This document shows positions 28,871-37,374 of a DNA stretch of 64,000 nt, piece by piece. The notes under the pieces are model-generated. The model saw only the letters and a list, made by a program, of their open reading frames with translations, was not told the DNA's origin and did no database searches. How positions within the stretch are numbered: position 1 is the first letter of the stretch; the number at the start of each line of letters is the position of its first letter. The DNA comes from Lysobacterales bacterium (GTDB lineage Bacteria; Pseudomonadota; Gammaproteobacteria; Xanthomonadales; SZUA-5): assembly GCA_022844165.1 (NCBI GenBank), contig JALHMH010000023.1, forward strand, positions 1 through 64,000, given 5' to 3'. The translations under genes were made by a program, and so were the position numbers.

Positions 28871-29835
28871 CAGCGTGCTGCGCCCTCAATGGCATCCAGG
28901 ACCGCCGCCGAGACGATGCCATCCTGACGAAGTCGTGCGCGCGTTTTGCTTCCGATTTCACGCCACGCTCTTGCCTCTTCAGCTGAGGGCGCCACGATTT
29001 GCACACCTTCTTTTTCGATCGTACCTCGTGTCTTCGTATCGTCGGCCACATTGATCGATTCGAGTTTCACGAATGCCGCATCGATTTCCGCAACGACAGT
29101 CGCGCGATCGACATCGCTGAGTTTGCCGAGTGCCTTGTTATCGAGCGCCAGCAGACCGATCGTATAAGCCACTGGCAGATCGACCATGTACTTCACTTTC
29201 GTGGTCCATTGGAAGGCAACGGCACCAGTTGTGGTATTGCCGACCGTCTCGATGAGCCCAGTCTGCAAACTGGTGTAGATATCCGAAAGCGCCAATTGCA
29301 CGGGATTGACGCCCGCGACCTCCCATGCAATGCGCCCAATCGTATCGCCTTCCGGCACCCAGACTTTCGTCGCACGCAGCTCGGCCTGGGTACCAATCGG
29401 CCTGGTGCCCATCAAATAGATGAATCCGCCTCCAGTCAGGCCCGCAATGGTCATGCCACTCTCTTGGAAGCCGTCTTTGATCAACGGATCGATCGTCGCC
29501 CGAACACGCTTGACGTCGTCCAGCGTCTCGAAGCTGAAAGGGATACCGTAGGCCTGAACGTCGGGATTGACGGATGCCAGCTCTGTGGTTGTGAAGGCAC
29601 CGCCATTCAACTGACCGAGCTTGATCTTGCGCAACACGGTGTCGCCACTGCCCATCACACCGCCCGGGAAGAATTTCAGATCGACGCGCTTCTCGGTCTT
29701 GGTCGCGATGGCCGCCCCAGCTGCGCGCATCTCGCGCATCCATGACGAACCCTCCGGCGCCAGAGTGGCGATTTTTAAGGTGGCCGCTTGCGCGACGCCC
29801 GTCAGCATCAGACCAGCCAGAAATATCCATTTCAT
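28870..29835 (-). CDS. TRAP substrate-binding protein DctP (TatP-type)
   Basis: Signal peptide; LKIATLAPEGSSW, FPGGVMG, YTSLQTGLI. Confidence 0.9.
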   Translation of the reverse strand: MKWIFLAGLMLTGVAQAATLKIATLAPEGSSWMREMRAAGAAIATKTEKRVDLKFFPGGVMGSGDTVLRKIKLGQLNGGAFTTTELASVNPDVQAYGIPFSFETLDDVKRVRATIDPLIKDGFQESGMTIAGLTGGGFIYLMGTRPIGTQAELRATKVWVPEGDTIGRIAWEVAGVNPVQLALSDIYTSLQTGLIETVGNTTTGAVAFQWTTKVKYMVDLPVAYTIGLLALDNKALGKLSDVDRATVVAEIDAAFVKLESINVADDTKTRGTIEKEGVQIVAPSAEEARAWREIGSKTRARLRQDGIVSAAVLDAIEGAAR

Positions 29836-30674
29836 TCGAAATAGTCCTTGGAGGAATCCTTGAGTATTTGAGCTTGCGATTGCGCCAGGGTATTGATCAG
29901 CGTCAGTTCCGGCGCTTTAGCGGGCGCAGCCAGAGCAGCGTCCAGCAGTTGATCGTGCAACGCCTGATCGAAAACCCGGCGTGCATAGAACTTTGCATAA
30001 AGCACGCGCACCATCTGGTTTTGGCGTTTGGACGCAGCAAGCGCTTGCTCGAAGTAGTCTTTGGCCACGTCTGGTTTGCCGCCGTAAGCCGGCGGCAGTA
30101 AGGAATTGACGACACCCAGCACCATTTGCGGCTGGCCGTCGCCGAAAGCCGGATCGATTTCAACAACACGTTCCATCAAGCGTCGTGCCTTGGGTATGCC
30201 AGCGATGGCGTCCCAATCGTCGGCATTGGCCTGAATGTAACCAGCCCATGCCGAGCCGATGCAATTCAGATGTGCCGGGTCGTGGTCCGCTGCGGCGAGC
30301 GCATCGATCTGTTCGAACTTGAGCGCGCGCACATCGCACCAGGATTCGCCACTTTGACAGGCGGCCCGCTGGGCGTAGCCGAAAGCCCGCGCGGCCAGAC
30401 GTCTGGCGCGATCCGGTTCGGTCACGAACGAGCCCGCATAAGCGCTATACAGCTCTGCGGCACGGCATAACGAGCCAGCTTTCGCATCCGGGCTGGCATT
30501 CATCGCATCCATCGTCAGCAAAAATGCTGGCAGACCATCGGCAACCGTCGCAGGATCATCGTGATCGAGCACCGCCGCCGACAGCTGCGACGCAAATCGA
30601 TCTGTCGCGCGATCAACCAGACTTGCGCAGCCGCAAAGTCCCATCAAAGCCACGAGGGTCAAACTGCGAAACAT
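29832..30674 (-). CDS. TRAP transporter TatT component (TPR lipoprotein)
   Basis: Lipobox LCGC; DDPATVADGLPA, LPPAYGGKP; upstream of dctP. Confidence 0.8.
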   Translation of the reverse strand: MFRSLTLVALMGLCGCASLVDRATDRFASQLSAAVLDHDDPATVADGLPAFLLTMDAMNASPDAKAGSLCRAAELYSAYAGSFVTEPDRARRLAARAFGYAQRAACQSGESWCDVRALKFEQIDALAAADHDPAHLNCIGSAWAGYIQANADDWDAIAGIPKARRLMERVVEIDPAFGDGQPQMVLGVVNSLLPPAYGGKPDVAKDYFEQALAASKRQNQMVRVLYAKFYARRVFDQALHDQLLDAALAAPAKAPELTLINTLAQSQAQILKDSSKDYFE

Positions 30675-30710
30675 CGAAATCGCTCTCCAGCCGCTCGAAC
30701 AAGTCCGATA

Positions 30711-31583
30711 CTAGGCGAGCGAACCTTGCGATTTCGCGAATGACTCGCAGGCGTCCATCGTGTTCTGCAATAAGGTTGCAACGGTCATAGGTCCTACTCC
30801 GCCTGGCACCGGCGTGATCCACGACGCCCGCTCGCGCGCCGCGACGAACTCGACATCACCTACCAGCGTGCCATCCGCTTGTCGATTGATCCCCACATCG
30901 ATCACCACCGCACCTGGCTTAATCCACGCGCCGGGAATCAGCCCTGGCCGGCCGACCGCAACCACCAGCAGGTCCGCCCGCGATACATGCAACGGCAAAT
31001 CCTGCGTGAAACGGTGCGCCGCCGTGACCGTGGCGCCCGCCAGAAGAAGCTCCAGCAGCATCGGGCGTCCGACGTGGTTCGACACCCCGACCACTAGCGC
31101 ATCGCGCCCACGTACCGGTTTGTCGGTCTTCGCCAGCAGCGACATGATGCCCTTGGGCGTGCATGGCCGCAGGCCGGGTTCGCGCAAGGCCAGACGCCCA
31201 ACATTCTCCGGATGGAAGCCGTCGACATCTTTGTGCACCGCGATGCGGTGGATGACACGTTTTTGATCCATCTGCGCCGGCAGCGGAAGTTGCACCAGAA
31301 TGCCGTGAATCGTTGGGTCGACGTTCAGCGCGTCGATCAGTGCAAGCAGCTCCGGTTCGGGCGTTTGCGCCGCCAGGTCGAAGTCGCGGGTGACGAAGCC
31401 GGCGCGCTCGCATGCTGCACGTTTGTTGCGCACGTACACCTGCGATGCCGGGTCGGCGCCCACCAGCACGACGGCCAGACCGGGCGCGCAAAGTCCATTC
31501 GCGACGCGCGCACGAACGCGCGAACGCAGCGCATCAATGAGTTCATCGGCCAGCCGTTTACCGTCGAGCAGTTGTGCAGTCAT
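30711..31583 (-). CDS. folD: Bifunctional methylene-THF dehydrogenase/cyclohydrolase
   Basis: [53 protein letters not shown]. Confidence 0.97.
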   Translation of the reverse strand: MTAQLLDGKRLADELIDALRSRVRARVANGLCAPGLAVVLVGADPASQVYVRNKRAACERAGFVTRDFDLAAQTPEPELLALIDALNVDPTIHGILVQLPLPAQMDQKRVIHRIAVHKDVDGFHPENVGRLALREPGLRPCTPKGIMSLLAKTDKPVRGRDALVVGVSNHVGRPMLLELLLAGATVTAAHRFTQDLPLHVSRADLLVVAVGRPGLIPGAWIKPGAVVIDVGINRQADGTLVGDVEFVAARERASWITPVPGGVGPMTVATLLQNTMDACESFAKSQGSLA

Positions 31584-31902
31584 AAGCGATTCTTGTGTGG
31601 ATTGCGGTGCGCGTCGTGTCGATGGCTGGATCCGCAAAGCCTGGCTTCGCGAGTGCGTGAGCACGGATGAACACGTCGACAGCTTCGAAGACTGCGAGCA
31701 AACCGATCGTGCCGCGACGCGAGGGCCGCAACTATCGACCAGTCGCCTGGTCCTCGCAACCCACCGGCACGCCGTCGCTCAGGTCCGTTCCGACGGGTCC
31801 TGGTGCGATCCTCCGGACAGCGGGTGGGCCACTTGCAGCCCGAGCGAAGTCTCAACGCGTGTCCGCCTATGCTCCTGGCATCGCCAATTGTGGGTACGCA
31901 GC

Positions 31903-33129
31903 ATGAAACACGTCGTGATCATTGGTGGCGGCTTTGGTGGACTTTGGGCAACACGCGCCCTTGCCCGCGCGAACCTCAAAATCACCCTTGTCGATCGCAC
32001 CAACCACCATTTGTTTCAGCCTTTGCTTTATCAGGTGGCGACTGCCGGGTTGTCCCCGGCGGATATCGCTGCGCCGTTAAGACACATCCTCCGCCGACAG
32101 AAAAACGTAACCGTACGCCTCGATGAAGTGACGTCCATCGATAAATCGCAACGCCAGGTCATCATGCGCGATGGCACGCTTCGCTACGACTATCTGATCG
32201 TTGCGGCAGGCGCCGCCCATGCCTATTTCGGTCACGACCATTGGGCGAAACATGCGCCAGGGCTGAAAACACTCGACGACGCACTCGGAATGCGCGCAAC
32301 GATGCTCAGGGCTTTCGAAGCCGCTGAACGCGAACCCGATGTCGATGTTGCCAAATCCTGGCTGCGCTTCGCCGTTGTCGGAGCCGGCCCAACGGGTGTG
32401 GAGCTCGCCGGTACGCTCGCGGAGATTGCTCGACATACGCTCCGGCGCGAATTCCGCAACATCGACCCGACGCGCGCCGAGGTGCTGTTGATCGAAGCCG
32501 GCCCGCGCGTCCTGGCCGGGATGGATCCGGGTTTGTCGGCCAGTGCGCTAAAACAGCTGCGAAAACTCGGCGTCTCTGTGCGCTTAAACGCGCCTGTGCA
32601 GGCGATCGATGCCGAGTCGATTACGCTCCCTGGAGAGACTCTGCCCTGCCGCACGGTTTGGTGGGCTGCAGGGGTTGCCGCCAGCCCATTGGGGAAGGTG
32701 CTCTGTGAGAACACCGATCGCGCCGGCAGGGTCCCGGTTGAACGCGACCTGTCGCTGCCTGGTCACCCGGAGATTTTCGTCATTGGCGATCTGGCCACGC
32801 TCGCGCATCACGGTGTTTCGGTCCCGGGCGTTGCGCCGGCCGCCAAACAGATGGGCAACCACGCCGCCGCGATGATCCGCCGACGATTGGCTGGCAACGT
32901 CGCAACGCCATTTCGCTACCGCGACTATGGGAGTTTCGCGACGATCGGCAGAATGGCCGCCGTCGCCGATTTGGCCGGCATCAAATTGCGTGGCGTGGTG
33001 GCGTGGTGGCTCTGGCTTGCGGCGCACGTGATCTTCTTGATTGGCTTTCGCAATCGCCTCGTCGTGCTTGTCAACTGGGCATCCAGCTACTTCACCTACC
33101 AGCGCCATGCGCGAATCGTCAGTCGCTGA
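31903..33129 (+). CDS. ndh: Type II NADH dehydrogenase (NAD(P)/FAD oxidoreductase)
   Basis: VVIIGGGFGG, HLFQPLLYQVATA, VGAGPTGVELAG, FVIGD, YRDYGSFATIGR. Confidence 0.9.
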   Translation: MKHVVIIGGGFGGLWATRALARANLKITLVDRTNHHLFQPLLYQVATAGLSPADIAAPLRHILRRQKNVTVRLDEVTSIDKSQRQVIMRDGTLRYDYLIVAAGAAHAYFGHDHWAKHAPGLKTLDDALGMRATMLRAFEAAEREPDVDVAKSWLRFAVVGAGPTGVELAGTLAEIARHTLRREFRNIDPTRAEVLLIEAGPRVLAGMDPGLSASALKQLRKLGVSVRLNAPVQAIDAESITLPGETLPCRTVWWAAGVAASPLGKVLCENTDRAGRVPVERDLSLPGHPEIFVIGDLATLAHHGVSVPGVAPAAKQMGNHAAAMIRRRLAGNVATPFRYRDYGSFATIGRMAAVADLAGIKLRGVVAWWLWLAAHVIFLIGFRNRLVVLVNWASSYFTYQRHARIVSR

Positions 33130-34708
33130 TCGCCGATTGCGCCATCGCGATTCGGTCACGCAAGGCGCGCAATCGGCGCTCACCGGGACGAATTTGTGTC
33201 ACCGCGCGCTCCCATTCCACGGCGCGATCGAGAGCGGCTTTGTCGCCATCGATGAGGGCCAGCTCCACCGCCGCACTCGCTGCGGCGAGCGCAGCGTCGA
33301 TGTCATAGCGCGAAAGCGCGATGGCACGCTCGAACTGCGCCTGACTGCCGCGCAAATGTGATGCGGCTGCCGTGTCGCGCAACGCTTCCACGTAAGACGA
33401 TTGCCCGGCCTCAAATGCCTCTTGCGCAGCCCACCTCGGCGCAAGGAGCGAGCGCCATTCCGGCAACATGGAGACCGCGACAAACAACAGTAGCGCTGCC
33501 CCGAAAGTACGTGCGCCGCGCGCCATCGCCCAGTTCGCGCCGGGTGCGCAGGCCAGGGCACAGCCGACCAGTACATAGGCGACAGCGCGATCAGGCAGCG
33601 TTGCGAAGCTAAACTGCAAATGCACTGCGTACGCAGCCAACGCCGTCCCAAGCGCAAGCGCTTCGGCGCGATCTGTCCCACGACAACGCGACCAGAGCGC
33701 GATCGCCACCCACGCCGTCAACAGTACGGACATCAGAAAACCCAATGCGCCCGTCGCTAACCAGCGATCGAGCAGCCACTGGTGGGCGCGATCGGCGCGC
33801 AGGTCTTGCGCCGCATCGCGCGGCGCGATGTTCGCAATCTGTTGGAGCGGCGAACCCACTTGATCCGGGCCGAACCCTACCAACGCCCTCAAGACATGGT
33901 AACGGTCGGCGGCGCCGTGCAGATCAACGACTGGGCGGTCTGATGTCGTCGCTTGTGTGGCCCGTTGCCACAGCTCCACACGATCGTGCAGCGACTCGAT
34001 TCGGGTGCTCGCGACCAGCGCAAACAGTGCCGCTCCGGCAATCGCCAACGCGATTCGCCAGCGCCGCGGCACGCCAATCGCCACGGCTGCGCCAGCGGTT
34101 ACGACCGCCAACGCCAACCAGGCACTACGCGTACCCGTGGCGAACAACCCGATACCCGACAGCACGGCAGCGGACAACCAGGACAGCGAGCGGTGCCGCC
34201 ACCAAAGCAGCAGAGCCAGCGGCATTGAGAGGGCGAAAAAACCAGCCAAACCCAGCGAATTGGAAAACGTACTGGCCGGTCGCGCCGTTGCCTGGTCATG
34301 CGGCCAATGCCACCCTATGCGCTGCGACGCGGCATGCAGCGCAACCAGGACGCCCAGCCCGACGAGGCCGCGATAGAGCGTCTGCCGCGCCTGCGGGCCC
34401 ATCGCAGCCCCGAGCGAGGTCATTGTCGCCATCGTCAGCGCTGCGAGCAAACCTTCAGCGCGCTCAAGCGATCCGAGCCATGCGGCGGACGGCTCCAGCG
34501 CAAAAAACGCAGCGACAGCAATGGGCGCGACGATCATCGCGCTCGCCAAATGAAGTGGCGGGCGCAGTACCAGGAGAACCGTGCCAACGCAGAGGGCGCA
34601 GGCGATCAATTTGTGCATCTCAGGCAGAGCCGACGTCGTCAGCATCGCCAGCCCGATCGCCAGCAAGGTGCTGAATGCCAGAGGGCGATGCTCGCTTCGT
34701 TCGTCCAT
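33119..34708 (-). CDS. O-antigen ligase (Wzy_C)-like membrane protein with C-terminal TPR-like region
   Basis: RPASTFSNS, TGTRSAW, R..LW, GFGP, DRAHQ motifs; multiple TM helices. Confidence 0.65.
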   Translation of the reverse strand: MDERSEHRPLAFSTLLAIGLAMLTTSALPEMHKLIACALCVGTVLLVLRPPLHLASAMIVAPIAVAAFFALEPSAAWLGSLERAEGLLAALTMATMTSLGAAMGPQARQTLYRGLVGLGVLVALHAASQRIGWHWPHDQATARPASTFSNSLGLAGFFALSMPLALLLWWRHRSLSWLSAAVLSGIGLFATGTRSAWLALAVVTAGAAVAIGVPRRWRIALAIAGAALFALVASTRIESLHDRVELWQRATQATTSDRPVVDLHGAADRYHVLRALVGFGPDQVGSPLQQIANIAPRDAAQDLRADRAHQWLLDRWLATGALGFLMSVLLTAWVAIALWSRCRGTDRAEALALGTALAAYAVHLQFSFATLPDRAVAYVLVGCALACAPGANWAMARGARTFGAALLLFVAVSMLPEWRSLLAPRWAAQEAFEAGQSSYVEALRDTAAASHLRGSQAQFERAIALSRYDIDAALAAASAAVELALIDGDKAALDRAVEWERAVTQIRPGERRLRALRDRIAMAQSAISD

Positions 34709-34717
34709 GGCACCCGA

Positions 34718-34846
34718 CAAAAGTTGGCCCCGAGCGTTGGGGAGACGCTCGGGGCCGGGGGTTCGGGACGCCGGGATGGGGAATTCCCAGCGGCCCTGGG
34801 GTTCACTTTAGGGGAGGAGTGAACCGGGTCGAGTTTTATGCGACCC
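34718..34846 (-). ncRNA. Candidate sRNA with three C-rich (UCCCC) loop hairpins, sX13-like
   Basis: Minus strand: GGTTCACT-CCTCCCCTAA-AGTGAACC; CGCTGGGA-ATTCCCCA-TCCCGGCG (a G-U pair favours this strand); GGCCCCGAGCGT-CTCCCCA-ACGCTCGGGGCC followed by AACTTTT. Confidence 0.65.
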
Positions 34847-34851
34847 GACCC

Positions 34852-34880
34852 ATAGATAGGTTGCCATCACTGGAAGTTCC
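34852..34880 (-). promoter_or_regulatory. SigmaE/AlgU-type promoter
   Basis: GGAACTT-N17-TCTAT on the minus strand, about 6 nt upstream of the candidate sRNA. Confidence 0.55.
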
Positions 34881-35067
34881 AGTGCAGATGCCGAATGTCA
34901 CCCGTTCAGTTCAGAATGGGCTAAGGCGGCGTCAAAAACTCGTCAACCGTACGCGCCAAATGACTGATGCAACTGACTTTTCTAGGATTCTCTCAACGAC
35001 GCGCCGTGGGATGATGAAACCAAATTAATGTTCTGCCAATCTGCCGCATGCCGATGTGCGCACCCCT

Positions 35068-35085
35068 TGTAGGAATTTTCTGACA
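35068..35085. promoter_or_regulatory. 18-bp imperfect palindrome, possible NarL/LuxR-family regulator box
   Basis: TGTAGGAATTTTCTGACA resembles TGTAAG-N6-CTTACA. Confidence 0.35.
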
Positions 35086-35233
35086 GCGAAATCAGCTTTT
35101 CGCTGACAGACACGCCGTCAGAGCCTCCCTATTGTCCGAGTCCGCGTCATCGCAACCGACGTGCATTGTGATCGCCGGCCACGTGCCGTTCTGGCGTCGC
35201 CATCGTTATCATCCGTGATGGATTTGTGGAGAA

Positions 35234-37177
35234 TTGGTCGTGTTGGACGAAATTGAGCTTGAAGATTCCGAAGACGGCGAAAGTAGCGGCGACAGCTGGT
35301 TCGGTTCGTCGTGGGGCGGCGGCTTTCGGCAACTGGGCTCAGGCGTCCTATTTTTGGCGTCGCTGTTTTTGCTGTTCTGGAATGAAGGTGCAGGCAAGGC
35401 GCACTCCGATGCCTTGCACGAAGCCGAAGACGCCGTGATCGAAGCGCCATCGCACAAACTCGATCCGGCACTCGACGGCAAACTCATCCATGTCTCAGGC
35501 AATGTCACCGGCAACGGCAACGTACGCGATCCAGACTTCGGCGTGGAAACCGAAGCCGTGGCGCTGTACCGCAACGTCGAGATGTTTCAATGGATCGAGG
35601 ATGAGCAGACAAGCGGTCGCGGCCGTCGCAAACGCACCGAGGTCACGTATTACCAGGACTGGGACACCGAGTTTCACGATTCAAGTCGATTCGAACAACG
35701 TACCGGCCACGAGAACCCGCCGTTTGCGCTCAGCGGAGATGGATTTTTCGCGCCGAACGCCACTTTCGGGCCGTTCAAGTTCGATAGCGTCGAGGTCGCG
35801 CGGCAGGCGCTGGTCGACATGGACTTTCCGGAAGCGCCGGGCAGCCTCGGCCGCTGGCCAAAATTTCTCGATCGCCTGCCCACATTGCCAGCAGCCATGC
35901 AAACGAAAGGCTGGTATGAGCTGCAGCCCGGCGTTTTCTACAAAGGCAATCCGAACGTCGAATACGCTGAAGTTGGCGATATGCGGGTCTCGTTCTACGT
36001 GCTGCCGAGCAACCACCAGATATCGGTGATCGGTCAGCAAAACGGCAATCGCATCGAAAAGTGGAGAGCCAGCAATAACGACAGCGTTCTGCTCGCCGTC
36101 GGCGGTGCGATGAGCGCCGATCGCATCATTGCCGAAGCTGTGGCAAACAACGAAAGTTCGACGAAACTGTTGCGTATCGTCGGCCTGATCGGTGCCGTCA
36201 TTGGTGCCGCCGGTATGGCGGGATGGCTGACGAGCTTCTTGTCTTTTGTGCCGGTGATCGGTCCGATGGTGCAGATGTCGGCGATGGTCGCTGGCGCGTT
36301 GTTTGGTCTATCGATCGGTGTTCTGACCATCATCATTGGCTGGTTGAATGCCAGGCCGTGGATTGGCGTTACGTTAATGCTCGCACTCATCGTGGGCATT
36401 GTTTACATGATGCGTCGCGGCCGACAACTGAAGTCAGCCGAGCGGCGTCAGAACGTCATTGCGAATGCCGCAGCGCGCGCCCGACAAGCCGCAGCCGACA
36501 AGCTTGCAATGCCGCCTTTGCCCGGCGCTGTCCCGGCGATGGCAGGTGGGCCGGCACTGTTCTCTGTTCCGCCACCTCCACCGCCGCCGCCGACTGCCGG
36601 CAACCCTGCGCGCACTTCCAGCGCTCGTGCTGGCACACCCACTTCGTTCAACGAAGAAGAGCCGGAGCGTGATTTGCCGGCACTCGAGTGGACGCCCGGT
36701 TTGATGACTTTGAAGCCACCATCGGTGCGGCCCAAATCCGCCGATTCACAGCGTCCATTCGATGCCGTGGACGAACCCGCGTCGCCGGCGCAGGCACCGA
36801 CGCCGACGGCCGCTCCGCCCGCGTTGCCCCCGAAGCCAGCGAAACCCGCCGAACAGAAGGCCGCAGGCAAGCTGTTCGATACGGTGCCGATGCGCGATCC
36901 GGCACCACTTTTCGATACTGTACCGATGCGCGGGGAGCTGCCTTACGATCTGATCGACGATCGCCCCCCCGAACCACCCCAGCCAGAACCGGCCAAACCC
37001 AGACGCATCTCGCTGGGCAGCAAAGGGCCTTACCAGCTCAATAAGATTGTCAAACTGCTCGCCGACGGCAACGACCAGCTGCTGTGTTTCGAACTGGTGA
37101 AAGATGGCCGACCGATCAAGCGCGGCACACAGGACGAAATCAAAGCGGCGCTGGCTGAGGCGTTGAAGGGGACTTAG
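35234..37177 (+). CDS. TMEM43 (DUF1625)-family membrane protein with proline-rich C-terminal tail; start uncertain by a few codons
   Basis: LLFWNEG, LDGKLIHVSG, DPDFGV, RNVEMFQW, GHENP, VGDMRVSF; C-terminal TM bundle. Confidence 0.8.
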   Translation: MVVLDEIELEDSEDGESSGDSWFGSSWGGGFRQLGSGVLFLASLFLLFWNEGAGKAHSDALHEAEDAVIEAPSHKLDPALDGKLIHVSGNVTGNGNVRDPDFGVETEAVALYRNVEMFQWIEDEQTSGRGRRKRTEVTYYQDWDTEFHDSSRFEQRTGHENPPFALSGDGFFAPNATFGPFKFDSVEVARQALVDMDFPEAPGSLGRWPKFLDRLPTLPAAMQTKGWYELQPGVFYKGNPNVEYAEVGDMRVSFYVLPSNHQISVIGQQNGNRIEKWRASNNDSVLLAVGGAMSADRIIAEAVANNESSTKLLRIVGLIGAVIGAAGMAGWLTSFLSFVPVIGPMVQMSAMVAGALFGLSIGVLTIIIGWLNARPWIGVTLMLALIVGIVYMMRRGRQLKSAERRQNVIANAAARARQAAADKLAMPPLPGAVPAMAGGPALFSVPPPPPPPPTAGNPARTSSARAGTPTSFNEEEPERDLPALEWTPGLMTLKPPSVRPKSADSQRPFDAVDEPASPAQAPTPTAAPPALPPKPAKPAEQKAAGKLFDTVPMRDPAPLFDTVPMRGELPYDLIDDRPPEPPQPEPAKPRRISLGSKGPYQLNKIVKLLADGNDQLLCFELVKDGRPIKRGTQDEIKAALAEALKGT

Positions 37178-37374
37178 CGACGCATGGCCAGGGGCGAACG
37201 ATCCTTTTGGTATTCCTGCGCGCGTTCCGCATGGTCGATTGTCGGGGGCACGCGGGCGCCAACAATGATGCGTAGATTTTTGTTGATCAGGCGCACGATT
37301 CCTTTCTCGCTACGGCCGCCGGTGGCGATGGCGTTCTGCTCGCGACGCTGCCATCGAGAGGGCTCCGCCCGCCG

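Noticed and set aside
30711-30750. folD stop within a CTAG as another repeat end
   Set aside because: The adjacent sequence does not align convincingly with either end of family 1
31584-31902. Possible ZTP or other folate-related riboswitch upstream of folD (GCGACTGG on the minus strand)
   Set aside because: The downstream GTGGG...CCAC/GGGGAGC and CGCCTGGG elements are not present in the required order
34726-34825. Plus-strand reading as a CsrA/RsmA-sponge RNA (GGGGA loops)
   Set aside because: The G-U pair, U-tract and promoter all favour the minus strand, and the loops do not fit the usual ANGGA consensus well
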